DNA of 64,000 nt from Octopus sinensis (Eukaryota), in NCBI RefSeq assembly GCF_006345805.1, contig NC_043003.1, positions 107,756,001 to 107,820,000 of the forward strand, in the 5' to 3' direction. Under the pieces are notes generated by a model. That model was given only the letters and a program-made list of their open reading frames with translations. It was not told the origin of the DNA and ran no database searches. Every line of letters starts with the position of its first letter. The first letter of the stretch is position 1. Positions 37,508 to 52,038 of the stretch are shown here, one piece after another. A program made the translations under genes and the position numbers.

Positions 37508-38172
37508 TTTAAAAGCAAATAAATGGCACAACGAAGTATCGATATTTACTGGAAAATAGCGAACGTAATAAATACGACGCTAATGTATAGCTTCACTGCG
37601 TATGTACTATACATTAGCGTCGTATTTATTACGTTCGCTATTTTCCAGTAAATATCGGTACTTCGTTGTGCCATTTATTTGCTTTTATGTATAATTTTCC
37701 CTCACGGGCTATTCTTTACTGGAAAGCAATACTCTCGTATTGCATTACTATTTTTATTGAAACTTCTTCACTGTTCTCGTTCTGTCAACGTTTTGGCGTT
37801 CAGTCGAGTGTATTGGCATAGATGTGGCAACATTTGAAATGTTGTCGAGGTATATGTTGGCTGATGAAGATAAATCAAGTATATGTGGGCAGACATATCT
37901 TGAAAAATCTGAAACCGGCACCACATTATCTCTTTCTAGGTATTTCATCTTTCAGATGTTCTTCCTGGAGGTAAGACAATTTTTTTCAAGTTTGTTGCAT
38001 ACACGCATTTTTGCTAGTACATACGCAGTGAAGGTATACATTAGCGTCGTATTTATTACGTTCGCTATTTTCCAGTAAATATCGGTACTTCGTTGTGCCA
38101 TTTATTTGCTTTTATGTATAATTTTCCCTCACGGGCAATTCTTTACTGGAAAGCAATACTCTCGTATTGCAT

Positions 38173-38177
<5 letters not shown>
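37508..38177 (+). mobile_element. ORF-less hammerhead-bearing PLE-type/retrozyme-like unit (427-bp monomer)
   Basis: Inverted partial copy 37508-37607; 143-bp direct repeats 37608-37750 and 38035-38177; (TA)n on both sides. Confidence 0.75.
37854..37926 (+). ncRNA. Degenerate type I hammerhead (triplet GCA)
   Basis: TGTTGG-CTGATGA-AGAT..CAAGTATATGT-GGGCAG-ACATATCTTG..ATCT-GAAAC-CG-GCA-CCACAT; the U16.1 position reads C, so probably inactive. Confidence 0.55.
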
Positions 38178-38203
<26 letters not shown>

Positions 38204-38328
38204 GATGTAAAATCCAAGGATCGAGGTGTAGGAACAAAGTGAGCCTCAAGCAATCCGTATATATATTACCAGGTAAATAGATACATAGATAGATATAGAT
38301 GTAGATGTGTGTGTGTGTGTGTGTGTGT

Positions 38329-38362
<34 letters not shown>

Positions 38363-39429
38363 TGTGCATATATATAATAATAATGATAAGGATTCGTGAT
38401 AGAATCAGGTACTTAAAAGAATATGCACCAGGTAGAGTTGGATAAACCTGTTTTCACCACCTTTGGTCAATTAAATATCCAGTAGGATATTCAGGTTGTG
38501 CACACAGAGAAAACCATCCCGACGAGTATTAAGCGCGTAGGGGCTGCTCCAAAGTACACGTTGTGTTGTTCATACGTTGTTTGGTGTACTCCAGGATGTC
38601 GGACGTGTCATGAATTCCCTATGAATTCGATTGTCATGAATCCCTATTACAAGCAAGTAAATAATGACAGACGATGGATAAATGTCAGTCCATTACAGAT
38701 GTTTCTTACGCATTTTGTAATAGAAGAATGAGAACGTTATACCACTTCAAAAAACCTTAATCATCAGATGAAACACTATTTCAAAACAATAGAATATCAC
38801 AAGAACACAGTAGGGACATGCCTGAAATCAGCCGAAGGTGAATATGAAATGGGAGAAAAATCAATAAAAATTGGCTGTTATGGGCTTTAGTGGGTGGAGT
38901 TAGGTTACGAATTTGCGAGATGTAATATTTTCAGTGATCTATATGCACCCGTCATTTTATAGTCATAAGACATACATACATATTCCCACATAAAACACAT
39001 GTAAATACCTTCACTCATACTTTTTTTTTCTTACGATATCATACAGACTAATACAGAGACGGCGAACGGGGAGAAAGATAGATTGAATACTTCTCTGTAC
39101 ATTATCCAATTATTCATAAAAAACAGGTGGTACATTGACAGAAATGACAGGACGCTGGACGAAATGCCTTCGCGTTTTTAGTTACTTCATTTTATATTTT
39201 GACTTCAAATCTAGATATTGCTGCTCATCTTTACAAATTCGACAAAATAAAATACCAGGCATATACTGGCGTTGATTTAGTCAACATGATTTAAATGTGC
39301 GCTACTCTAAGTTTCAGGCTCGGATAGTACAGTAATCAGACGTGCTTGTATAGTTTCGACGATCATAGGTTAGTACACTATTCAATTTACAATGGAATAT
39401 AGGCAAAGAATAGCTCGCTGTCTTGGATA

Positions 39430-40690
39430 TTATGATAAAAAAGTCAACAACCAAATTATAACTGACATTTATCATAAACCATCGAACTCAAAGCAATACC
39501 TCCTGTTTAGCTCATGCCACCCGAAACACATAAAAAGAAATATCCCCTCTAATTTAGCAAAAAGGATTTTCACACTAGTGTCTGATAGAAATACTCGGGA
39601 CCTTTGTCTTCAAGACTTCAGAACAATATAAGTGAAAGACGATATCCAGCTTCACTCATAGACGATGGAATTAAGCGTGCTAAGAAATTAGACATTAAAA
39701 CACTAGGGGCAACAAAACGTAACATTACACCTCATCTCAAAACACTACTGTATATATCAGCTCACAAGCCTAGAAACAACGAGGCATACAACACTATTGT
39801 ATAAAATCTACCTATGCTCACTGGAGATCCAAAAATGAAAAGCATTCTGAAAACACAAATTCATCAAATGTAAAAAGCAACACAAATCGCTGAAAAGACT
39901 CCCAACAAATGCGAAGCTTTATACATCAATCACGAAACCAACGGTTAAAAAATGTGGACGCCCAAACTGTGGAACATGCCCCAACCTACTGGAAGGTTCA
40001 GAATTCCTACTCAAACAAGGAGAGAGGTTCACAATTAAAACCAGCTTTAGTTGTGTTTCCGAGAATCTAATTTATGTTATAACTTGCTCAGGTTGTGGAA
40101 ATAACTATATAGGACAGACAAGTATGACACTGAAACGGAGAAGCACACTACATAAGGGACAGATCCGGATCCCGCAATACAGACTGATTCCTTTGAGTGA
40201 ACACACAGAGACATGTGCAGCTAATATCCAACCAAACTTCACAGTTTTCCCCTCTACCAGTGCAAAAAGCAATTTCTATACAAGAACGTTTAAATAAAAA
40301 AATGTTTTTCATCGAAAAGTACAAAACACGTCTAAATATGAACGCATAACGAACTTTGGTTTCAGTATATATTTTGATCACATACCCACCAATATACATA
40401 TTTAATCTCACTACTCTATCTTTTAAGTTTTTGTGTATATATATTTATTTATCCCCTCCCCGATAGACAAGCAATTACCTCCCTTGTTTCCAATAATAAC
40501 GATCGTCAATTACCTCCCCTTAGATTTTTCTACTTATTGAATCATTCATTCACAAATTTCTCCACACACAACATGGACTAAAGTCCTTATTAGCGAAATC
40601 GAAACCGGTCGACAAACATAGTACAAAATATATCAAAAAATATATTAAAACTATGTAAAGTGTGTGCATTTTCCTTATTTACTTTTAAAC
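39430..40690 (+). mobile_element. 5'-truncated Neptune-like PLE (thumb, GIY-YIG, 3' tail)
   Basis: TDIYHKPSNSKQYLLFSSCHPKHIKRNIP.NLAKRI; VKKCGRPNCGTCPNLLEGSEF..FSCVSENLIYVITCSGC..YIGQT..RRSTLH; homologous to 18300-19300. Confidence 0.85.
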
Positions 40691-40771
40691 ATACTTTTTG
40701 CACCACAACTCACCACGTGGAAATAATCGAAAATCCTCCCTTTTTGTTATTATATATAGATGTATCTGTGG

Positions 40772-40809
<38 letters not shown>

Positions 40810-41324
40810 AATTCGTTTTGACTTGGAGTTTAAGTTTCATCCTGATACATTTTCTAATAAATTTGATTCTATTTTTAGTATGGAGTCTCTGCATTCGTAA
40901 ATGTTCTGTATATATTAAGCTTAATTTAAAATAATATCCTTAAATTAGCAATCATACGTATACACACACACATACACACACAATGCGAATGTGTATGCAT
41001 ATATGTGTGTGTAGGTGTGTGTGTATATATATATATGTATGCATAATTATATGTAGCTACACACACATACATACACTCACACACACACATATATCTACAT
41101 TCATATACACACATATATATGCAGCCGTAGGTATGATGAAAGCCGACAGACATTTCCTATTATTGTTTTAATATTATTGATTAAAGGATATTGGTACAGA
41201 AGCGTTGACGCTCATTTGATTACGAAAACAGCGTTTTCACACCGTACACATTTACAGCTGGATACATTAACTTCGTATGGTGACGTGACCACAGACACTG
41301 CGGTGCTGTTGTTAATATAGCTAA

Positions 41325-41327
<3 letters not shown>

Positions 41328-41414
<87 letters not shown>

Positions 41415-41420
41415 TTAGCG

Positions 41421-41502
<82 letters not shown>
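41328..41502. repeat. (CTAT)n, (TA)n and (GA)n microsatellites
   Basis: Direct reading. Confidence 0.95.
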
Positions 41503-41507
<5 letters not shown>

Positions 41508-42255
41508 TTGTGTGACCACAAATGAGGTAGGCCGTCGGAATAGTGGACTATATTAATTAAATGATACATACATGAAAACTTAGATTCAGTGAAACGTAAA
41601 GACATGAATGCAAGTTTTCATACCTGCATCATTTAATATACATATATACATACATACAGACAGACAGTTATACAGACACACATATAAATACACACACACA
41701 AATATGTATAACATTATATACAAATGCGTGTGTGCTTGTGCGTGGTGTAAATGCGTGCTTCTATGTGTGTATATCTACATGAATAATATATGTATATTAG
41801 ATATGTAGGTATGTAAATATGTAATGCAGACACCTGTATGGAGCTACAGTAATTTACGGAACATTTAGGTATACTAAAATATCCCAAAACTTCAAGATAA
41901 AACATAAAATAATCAAATGTACCAAACTTACCCTGATTCCCATAGATTACCGAGTATGTTTAAGGTGACGTGTGAAATGACCGTGAATATTTTTTAGTGC
42001 TCAGTAAAATGTCAAACTTAATGTTCAAACATTAAGAATCAAAATGCAAAAAATATTTGGTAACAAATTTCAATGTGTTACCACATTTTGGGTTTCTTTT
42101 ACTGAGTGTGAATAAAAATATAGAAACACTCGTAATATTTTAGCTGTCATGAAGACTACTCAGGACAAATTTTTTGGCTGGTCATGACAAAAGATATGTT
42201 AAAATAGTTTCCTCTCTTATTGAATGTTTATGTGTACCAGAAGGCTTTACTTGTT

Positions 42256-43153
42256 CAGAGTGGGGCAGAGAGGAACGGACGTTTTTGAAATGGCTGTTAC
42301 TCAGCCCCAGTGGGAGGGACACATGTCCGACAGGTACCATTCGGTCAGTGGTCTCTTAGTATTTTTTTTCTTTTCAGGTGAAGTGATGGCGCTGTGGACG
42401 ATAGAGCATCGCGTGTTTGCCTACGATAGTTACGTGAAGAATAACGAGTCTGTCACAGCAGTTCGGCGTGAGTTTCGGCGTCACTTCAACATTCACCAAA
42501 ATTCGACTGTTTTCACCCATAACACACTCTTACGTTGGGGGAATGCGCTTTGTTTACGAGGTACACCAATGAATAGGAGACCGGTGGGGGCACCGCGAAC
42601 GGTACCGTGCCCGAAAATGTGGAACGCGTCAGACAAGCTTTGATACGGAATCCGAATCGCTCTGCTCAGAGGCATTCCACTGAAGTTGGTATCGGTAATC
42701 GAACGGTAAGGAGTATTTTGCATGCAGACCTGCATTTCCACCCGTACAAATTGGTCATTGGGTAACAGTTGAAACCATGGGACTATGCACAACGGCTTAA
42801 CTTCGCCCGTCAGATGGAAGCAATTTTTGAGGCAAATGACAACCTCATTTTCTTAATGAGTGATGAAGCTCATTTTCATCTCTATGGCATGGTGAATCAA
42901 CAGAATTGTCGTTATTGGGCTCTTGATAATCCGAGAGAGCAATGTCGCCCAAATCAACAGTGCGATGCAGGAGAGAGTGGAGGCCAACGTCCAAGAACGC
43001 CTTCAGAAATACATCAACGAAAACGGACGCCGCATTTGACTTTGACAAATGCTATTTCAATACGAACACATTATTGTCAATACAATTTGTTTGCAGCTAA
43101 AATAAATGATTTTGTGAGTATTTCAGAATGTCCGTCTTCTCTGCTCCACCCTG
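42256..43153 (+). mobile_element. Internally deleted Tc1/mariner-superfamily element, maT/DD37D-like
   Basis: About 35-bp imperfect TIRs CAGAGTGGGGCAGAGAGGAACGGAC / GTCCGTCTTCTCTGCTCCACCCTG|TA. From ATG 42386: WTIEHRVFAYDSYVKNNESVTAVRREFRRHF..DLHFHPYK..SDEAHFHLYGMVNQQNCRYWA.DNP, then jumps to C-terminal ERVEANVQERLQ; the mid-catalytic region is deleted, so the D-D spacing cannot be read. Confidence 0.85.
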
Positions 43154-43311
43154 TACTGGAAGACATCCCCTAGGATAATGACGTGACATTCTGATCATCT
43201 GCAGCAGCAGCTCTGACCTTTTTAGTACCACTGGTTTCATGCAAGGCAATTTTCTTCCACTGATCGGAGGGTCACGCGCTTAACAAAACCCAACATAGTG
43301 CTTAATATATA

Positions 43312-44332
43312 TCTTTATTATATATATAAAACTGAGAATGTGTGTCTGTCTGTCTGTCTGTGTATTTCCCTAAAACTTGAGAACTACACAACCAATTTCA
43401 TTCAAATTTTACACATGTCTTACTTAGGGTCCATGTAGTTTCATGGGCAAAAAAAATGTTCAACTTCTTGCCTAGAGCGAGCCCATAACAATATCATATC
43501 TTCTCCACTATTTCAGTATTACGTGTTAAAAGTGAAACGAAAACATTTCTCTATTTTATGTCAGATACTTTCACTTTAACAATAAAAATAATAATAACAA
43601 TTGAATTATATGTAGTAAGTAATAATTAAAATCAAACTAAAGTATAATATAATCGTAACATAAAAAAAGTAAAAATAGCAATTGGTATAAAATTGCATCA
43701 ATGACTTGAACTTGAATAAGTGGTTTCACATGAATGGGAATAAATTAAAAATAAAATTAGCGTGCAGAAATGGAATAGTCCAGATAGATAATAAAAAATT
43801 AAATTAAAGAAAAGACTATTGTCTATAAAGTATACAATGTAGAGAAAAATGAAGATTTGAACACCTGGAGGAAAGCACCTTCGGAAAGTGTCTTGGTGCG
43901 ACTATGAAAGTTATCTAATCAGAGGCGGTAAATTCGCCACAATAGAAGAAAGGTTCGAGTCAACGGAGCGTGCAAGGGAGTACTTTATTTTATTTTTACC
44001 TTTATATCTGGGACGTAGGACGTCTCGGAAAAAAATTTTAAATGGACCCCCCCCCCAGAAGTAGAGGTAGGCTGGATTGTAGCCACACTTCTATACAAGA
44101 GGGAGGACAAGATACAATTGATCGAAATTACAAGCTACGGACTAACAATTCCAGTCTGTTATATATTTTGAGTATTGTTATCACTAGCGATATCAAGATA
44201 TAACTTTGTATTTTGTATTTTATGTGTAGATGTATATATATATATAGATGCACATGTAATATGTACACATATATATACACATATATACATGCACTAGCAC
44301 TATGACCCGGCAACGACGGGTCTTTAATGCTA

Positions 44333-44333
<1 letters not shown>
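43312..44333 (+). mobile_element. Putative non-autonomous Helitron
   Basis: 5' A|TCTTTATTATATATATAAAACTGAG..GTCTGTCTGTCTG; 3' hairpin GACCCG-GCAACGA-CGGGTC followed by CTAG|T. The two ends might belong to different copies. Confidence 0.65.
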
Positions 44334-44397
<64 letters not shown>

Positions 44398-44466
44398 GCC
44401 ATATAGTGACCACTCTCTTATATTTATTTTATATTATATATATATATATATATATGTTGTTTCAGG

Positions 44467-44670
44467 TGGCGCGCAGACAGAATCAGTCGTACGCTGAGCA
44501 AAATGCTTAGCGGTATTTCATCCGTCTTTACGCTCAGAGTTCAAATTCCGTTGAGGACGACTTTGCCTTTCATCCTTTCAGGGTCGATGAAATAAGAACT
44601 AGTTGAGCACTGAGGTACGTGTAATCGTTTTACTCCTCTTACCCGAAACTGCTGACCTCATTACATATTT
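44467..44670 (+). mobile_element. SINE (third family)
   Basis: GCAAAATGCTTAGCGGTATTTC..GAGTTCAAATTCCG..GACTTTGCCTTTCATCCTTTCAGGGTCGATGAAATAAG. Confidence 0.8.
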
Positions 44671-45027
44671 GCTACAAAAAGAGCCTGCCGATCACGATAC
44701 TCAATAAAATAGAAATAAAATTTAAAAAATTATTCCTTGGTACCAAATAATCCACGGACTGAGGTTGGAGACCTCTGAGCCACAACTCCTGTGGAAATGG
44801 GAGATTTGTTGAGCACATATATTAGACAAGGTAATGAATTAAGAAGTGTGTTAAGCATAAAGTACTATGTAATTCAAAATACCATTCAAGCTCAGATTGG
44901 TGAAATATGTGTCTTTTTACTTGTTTCAATCATTGTATTGCGCCTATGTTGGAGCACCACTTCATAGGGTTAGTCGAACAAATTGATACCAAAAATTTTT
45001 TGTTTGTTATGCATGGTTGTTATTGTG

Positions 45028-45275
45028 GAGGCGCGTGGCTTAGTGGTTAGGGTGTCAGCATCATGATCGTAAGATTGTGGTTTCAATTCCTGGCCCGGGT
45101 GACGCGTTGCGTTCTTGGGCAAAACACTTCATTTCACGTTGCTCTAGTCCACTCAACTGGCAAAAATGAGTAACGCTGCGATGGACTGGCGTCCAGCTGG
45201 GGAACACATACGCCATTGAAACCGGGAAACCGGGCCCATGAGCCTGGCTAGGCTTTAAAAGGGCGCATTAATTAT
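45028..45275 (+). mobile_element. Apparently full-length tRNA-derived SINE (second family) with V-domain-like segment
   Basis: A-box TGGCTTAGTGG, B-box-like GGTTTCAATTCC, GTTCTTGGGCAAAACAC core, CTGCGATGGACTGGCGTCC (resembles the V-SINE domain as recalled), (TTA)n-like tail. Confidence 0.75.
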
Positions 45276-45404
45276 TATTATGGTTGTTATTCTGTCAATG
45301 TCCTTTGCCAACCTGCCATGAAGACATAACAAACCAGCCCCAATTGTCTAGTGGTGTGGAGAGGGAAACAGAAACAAAGTCACCGGCCCCACCCTACTTA
45401 AGCG

Positions 45405-45560
45405 ACAAGCTTCTCACAGCTTCCGTCTTCCAAATTTACTGGCAAGGCATTGATTGGCCCGGGTCAGGGGTAGAAGACACTTGCCCAAAGTGAAACGCAA
45501 TAGAACTAGAACGTTAACCACGTTGTTGCAAAGCAAACTATTCACCAGAGAGCCGCGCCA
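45405..45560 (-). mobile_element. SINE 5' half (OR-like), diverged
   Basis: TTCCGTCTTCCAAATTTAC..GAAGACACTTGCCCAA..GAGCCGCGCC. Confidence 0.6.
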
Positions 45561-46023
45561 AAGGATGGAGACTAAAAAGCGCTATTTGCATCAAACTAGT
45601 CTAAAAGAATTTAGGCTTCAGTACCATTTTGCGAATAAAATGATTTCATCTCTGTTGTCTGTTACAATGTATATCATGTATGTTTAGATTTGATACATTT
45701 CATTACGCTAATAAAATGTTCCAGAACTGTTGTCTGTTCTGTTATACTTTGACAAAATGTGTTACAATGTCTTGGTATTCTATTAAAATATCCAGGTAAA
45801 GTATATAAGGTCAGAATAAAATAAGCTGAATTCATACTTTAGCAACAACAAAAAGAAAAGAAAAAGATAGAAAAAAGCGAGGAAAAAAAACGTTATACTT
45901 GCTGTAGATTACCGAAACGCTTTATACAATAACTTAGTTTTGCGCACTTATATACATATACTTAAATATATGCACACACACACACACACATATATATACG
46001 CACACACACAGACAAAACACACA

Positions 46024-46058
<35 letters not shown>

Positions 46059-46139
46059 ATATATATATATATAATATATATACGTACGTATATGTAAATG
46101 TGTGCGTATGAGTATATGCCTATCTGTTTGTGAGGAATG

Positions 46140-46229
46140 TATACGCACGCTTTTGAGTTTATGACACATACACACATATATATGAGTATGTACATACTTA
46201 TATATATATATATATATTATATATATATA

Positions 46230-46279
<50 letters not shown>

Positions 46280-46416
46280 ATGTGTGTTTGTATGTGTGTT
46301 TGTATGTGTGTTCTTTTATTCTTTTATATGTTTTAGCCTTGAGTTGCGGCTATGCGGGGGCACCGCCAGTATGTATACATATATAACTATCCATATATTT
46401 ATGTATGCATCCACGC

Positions 46417-46486
<70 letters not shown>

Positions 46487-46757
46487 TTATCTATCTATCT
46501 ATTTGAAACACCATTTTCGTGGAATGGGCGAACTAATTGATTCTGTGTATAGTTATATTTTCCAACTGTATTCCAAAAGAAATTCGAATTATAGCCTCCA
46601 GAGTGTAGATGTTTTGAGAAGGCCAAAAATGTATTATATACAGAATTTACATACATACACAAACAAACAAACAAAGACACATGTAGGTACTTAGATGTAA
46701 AAGTAAATATATGGATAAGTACATGTGTATACATACACATCCAAACATATATATGCT

Positions 46758-46824
<67 letters not shown>

Positions 46825-47243
46825 GTGTGTGTGTATGTGCATGTATTTGCATTTGTATACGCACTTATCTTTGTATGTATGTACATATATATAGATGTAT
46901 ATATATATATGCATATATGTATATATATATATATCTATATATATATATATATATATATATGAATATAGGTATGTATGTACGCATATACATATATATATAT
47001 GTATGCAAATGCATATATATATGTATATATATATGTGCGTGTGTATGTATTTGTGTATGTGTGTATGCGTCTTTGTGTAAAAGCGTGTATGTGTATGACA
47101 TTTAAGCAAGTAAGCTTATGTAATAAACGAATACATACATATTTACACACACACACATACATTTATACATTTGCATGTATATATAAAAATAGTTTCATAT
47201 ATATATGTCTATATCTATTTATCTATCTATATAAATATACATA

Positions 47244-47309
<66 letters not shown>

Positions 47310-47310
47310 G
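46140..47310. repeat. Compound (TA)n/(CTAT)n/(CA)n microsatellite field
   Basis: Direct reading. Confidence 0.85.
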
Positions 47311-47677
47311 AATATACATGAACAAAACTCTAGAAAAAATATCTTAAAACAACTCAATAATACAAAAGTGAAATTCCGTGTTATACCTTCCCTTCTAAAC
47401 TAAATTTTAGTTGGAAACACTAATTCCCTGCTATCAAATCTCCCACAGCAATCTGAAATGGTAATGCAAGATTACAAAACCAAAATATACATACAGTTTA
47501 ATAGTAATCCAGGTAATGTAAATTAAAAATAGATACTAAATGGAATGTTGGAAGTCGATAAACAAACTTACATTGCTTTTACGTCTGAATTCAGCAGAGA
47601 TTTTGTGTTCGTTGTTGTTCACTTCACTTCATGTTTTGTTTTGGCCTTTCTCGTTTCTTTCATTCAGCGGAATATAT

Positions 47678-47743
<66 letters not shown>

Positions 47744-48759
47744 TGTATGTATGTATGTATGTGTGTGTATGTGAGTGTGTGTGTATGTGTGTGTGTGTGT
47801 ATTAGCCAATAGCAAAGCGAGATAATTGCAGCACGCAGTTGGGACGGAAGCAGCTAAAGCTTTCATTTGAAGGAGTGTTGAAATATCGAGTGTAGAAAAA
47901 GGCTGTATGAAGCTATCAACATACTGAGGGTTTACGTTTAAATCCTTTGCGGGCATTTCTGGACAATGTATTCTTCCTTGGTTGGTCGCTATATTCTATA
48001 TTGCCTCAAGTCCACTTTGTTGTCATGTGTATGAGTTTGTTTATTTGCAAGCGAGTATGTGTGTATGATATTGTAGGTAATATTAAAACTAACCAGCTGC
48101 ATATATCCTTTATCCAGGACACGACCGTCACTATCATCCTCATCTTGCCCTCATTTTTCACTGTTTGAATTTTGAAAAATACTGAATACTCAGCCCAGTT
48201 ATTTTGTGCTCGATAGGGCACTTCTGAAGTCCACTTCTGCAGTACATTCATCACCCATGCTTTTCTTTGCAAACATTGACGAACAGCTGATCATTAACCC
48301 AACCATGCCAATACCAGCAGCTTGTGAAGTTCTGAAAACATCATGGATATTTCATCTTCTTATTTCTGACTAATTTAATAAAAGGAAATTGAAGCACAGC
48401 ACTCGCTCAGAATATCGTCGGTGAATCCTCAAACACGGTGTTTCCAACTTGTTTAGGTTCTCTAGTGACGAACATTGACATTCTGAGTGAATGTATAGCT
48501 ACCGATTTCTATATAGTAACAAGCATTTTTCGGCTTAACTCAGTCTAGTGGTATTTGCTATTCAAGAAGCAAAATGAGGTCAAAACACCGTTTCTGACGA
48601 TTCGACAATCATAATCATAGCGAATAGTGTATTTTGTAGCACTCAAGTCATTATTAAATAAAATATTACAGCTAATGCTGTTCTGCAAAAATATTTGCAA
48701 TATATACATAGTTATTTTTTTAATCTAATGCTGTTTGTGGCGCGTATATATATATATAT

Positions 48760-51700
48760 AACGTGATGAGTTTGGAAGGATGTATTATCCGGGCGGATAT
48801 CGTATTAGCTCTCAGCTAAGTTCCAGTTAACGGCTAACCACAACTATCAGTATCTAAACATCCTTGACTACCTTTAGTTGTTAGCCACTCCGTGAATTCT
48901 CCCGATAAGTAATTCCGTGTTCCCTTCGCTGGACAGTAAAATTTGTTTGGAGTGCTTATTAATATTAATTATCATTTATATTAATAATAAAAAGCTATAC
49001 GTGTTTCCGCTGCAGCGACTATTCACTGTTACAAATGAAACCTTGTAGTATTGTCGGTGCAGCTTGATGAAGATCCGTCCATTTGGTCATCCTCAAAGTG
49101 AAATTATGGCCGTAAAGTTTTGCTAATTAGTGTTCTGTGAGAGGTGGGTGTGTTTTTATTTATAGATATATACTGTTGACCTCAACTTCAGCCTAGTCGC
49201 TGTCCGAGTTAGGGCTTAGTCTTAACATAGGTTAAGGTTGAAATTGTTGCTTTAGTGAGGCTCTTTGTTTTTTTTAATGGTTGTGTGTGTTATTTTTGAT
49301 TTCGAGTGTAGTGCTTGTATTGAAGGGTTGTTGTTTGCTTATATATATATCTTTTGGTTGGGCTGCGCATTATTTGTGTTGTACATTGTGTAGGATATTT
49401 TTTTATGATGGTTGTTGAATATTTTTTATGTTTAGGTTATGCTGTTCTAGTTGTTATATCAATCCCACTTGTTGCTAGGGTGTTGGCTATCTAGAATTAT
49501 TTTTATATTCCTTAAAGGTCCAACCGTGTTCGTGTAAACATCTAAGGTCTTGTTCATGTCTTGTATCAATTTATGCGTGCTTTGATGTAAATATTTGGTA
49601 TAGTTCCTCTCCGCAAGGGTCGCATCTATTCCCCCTGCTCGATAAGGCTTAGCAGTAATAATTTGCTCTCAATCGATAGTACAGCTATTGTTTTTGTTTT
49701 TAATTGACCAAATTAGTTTACTTAGGCTTGTATCATTTATTTTTTCCTATCTCTAAAGGAATTTAAATGATTGGCCAGTCGTTTTTTCTTTTAGGAAAAA
49801 TAAAAACACAGAGCTGACACCTAATTGATTGTATTCCATTTCCTCCGAGATAACTTTACATCTATAGACTAAGTTCTTAGTTTTACATTTTGAGTTTAAC
49901 GGGCATACTTGTATAAATCTGTTTGTCTATTTCTATTATTTATCATCTTATTGGCTTCACTAGAAGTCTCTCCTATCCTTTGTTCCTCTAATCCGGTATT
50001 AATTCCCTATGGATATTAGTTTTGGTGATGCTCTTTCTAGCGATTCGTTCTTCTACTTCTATATCTCTGAATGAATTTGTTAGGATTGTTTCCCTTTGAC
50101 TGCTGATTTTTCTTTTAACATTTTCCCTTACTTCAGTGCATGCTACAAGTCTCATCGCCTATATTCCTTCTGTTGTTAGTTATTTTCCCCCTATTATTCA
50201 GATTCGGATTACTAGGATTCCTTTAGAAGTTGTAGAGGTTACTTACATAATAGGCTGATATTATTTGTACTAGGTTGCGGCTATTGGAAAAGGCAAGGTG
50301 TACATTATGTTTATTAAATATTTTCTGGTACAAGCTATTTTTAGGAAAGGTTGTTTCTATCGCTGAATAGAACAGTCTAGGAATGTTAGAATTTGTTTCA
50401 CGAATGGAACAATATACCACAATGTAATCTCAGAATTATTATTGGTTTTAATATGCATAGGTTTTTGTCCAGTTTTTAGTGTTAGTGTGTTTTATGTTTT
50501 GCGGTGCCTGCTCTGGTGTGCGGGTCGCCTACTATTGTATCCCTTACTTGTGTTCTGAGTGTGTGTGTACGTACGTGTGTCTATGGTGGTCTACCTCATT
50601 TCTAATGTGCGGTGTACTAAGGCTTCCGCTGTTGTTTTGGCTATTTACTTTCGTACGGGGTTCGTACTTGCTCGAATCCTCGCTAATCTCTCCAGAGTTT
50701 CTCACTCTTTGCTTATCCCCTATGTTCTCATTCTTCCTTGCTTTTACTTGTTTCTTTATCCTCATATTGGGGCTTAGTGTGTTTTTATGTTGTGCGTTAT
50801 AATTTTTATTCTGTGTGTTATAATTATGGTCTGAACAAGTTACCTTACCATGTGTATCTACCTTATTTTGCTTTCCCTTGTTGAATACTAACTTTTCTTC
50901 ATATCTTGCCTTCTCTAGTGCTAAGTTGTAGTAATCCTCGTTTAATCTAAATACTTCTTCAGTCGCTGACAGATTCGATATGCGGATTGAAATGTTTGTT
51001 ACTATGGATTGGGTTATGACCTGGGGTGATTACTATTTTTGTGAATGTACTTAAGGTTTTCATAGGGTTTATGATATGACATCTATTCCAGTACTTAAGT
51101 CTAGTGTTACGCATAACAAGTTGACTGTGTTGTACTCCTCCTCTATTGAGATAGAAAGCTTTATGTTTTTAAAGAACTTGAATAGCTTTTTCTTTATTTT
51201 TCCATCTCTACGCTGGAGGGGTTAAGGAGAGTGAATAATGCGTTATCCCTGTATAGACCGCCACCTATTTTTGGAAATTCTTTGTTTAGGTGGAATAAGA
51301 TATAAATTCCTATTATATGAGTTACCTGGGCGGGGTCAGCTGAACCCATTGTTATGTCAGACATATCCGGCTTATCTTTTCTTGATCAGTATTTTTCCTC
51401 GAATTTAATAATTGATTTTCTAGCAGCTAATACTATATCCCTAGTTAGCTCAGATGTTTTAATTGCGGATATAAGTGCTTTGTTGAGGAGGATTGGTTTA
51501 ATAGAAGCGTAGTAGTTGGATATATCTATCTGTATGAATTTTGTTTATTTCTTTGTTGTGATTTTGTTAAACTAGTCAATTATTTCATATGAACTTGACC
51601 AAAGATTTAGTTTTATAATGTTCCTAAGTGTAGGTATATATTTATCAATAATGTGTTTGCCTATCCTAGCTAAGTCAGATTTCGAGGGGTATATAAGTCT

Positions 51701-52038
51701 TACACAAGGGTTAGTGCTAAAGTTCGGTTTGTGGTCTTTGACATTAATTCAAGGGGTTCTAGATTCGTATGGTTCTGTTTTTTCTCTAACTTATATTTTT
51801 CCGCAATTGTCTCAGCTTGTAAATTAAGTTGAGTCAAGTTGTTGGAATGAGTAATTTTATAGCTTTTCAGTATTTCTTTTTTGGGAAGTGAGTTGTATAA
51901 AGAGTATTTTAAATGGTACCGGTTATCCGTCTTCTCTGCGTGTATCAGGATCCCTTCTTTCGTCTTTAGTTCCTTGGTTAGAGTATGCAGTTTCTGGAGG
52001 TGGTTATTTCGTCTTAAGGGGAACTTGCAAAATTTAAC

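Noticed and set aside
40575-40615. GAAACCGGTC half-hammerhead in the PLE 3' tail
   Set aside because: No upstream CUGANGA or stem I.
44755-44780. GGTTGGAGACCTCTG as a hAT right end
   Set aside because: No left TIR or TSD found.
45028-45100. tRNA gene
   Set aside because: Has A/B boxes but no proper acceptor or anticodon stems, and runs into a SINE body.
48000-48400. pogo/Tigger remnant (KAWVM..KW) or host exon
   Set aside because: Single weak motif with stops in all frames; unsupported.
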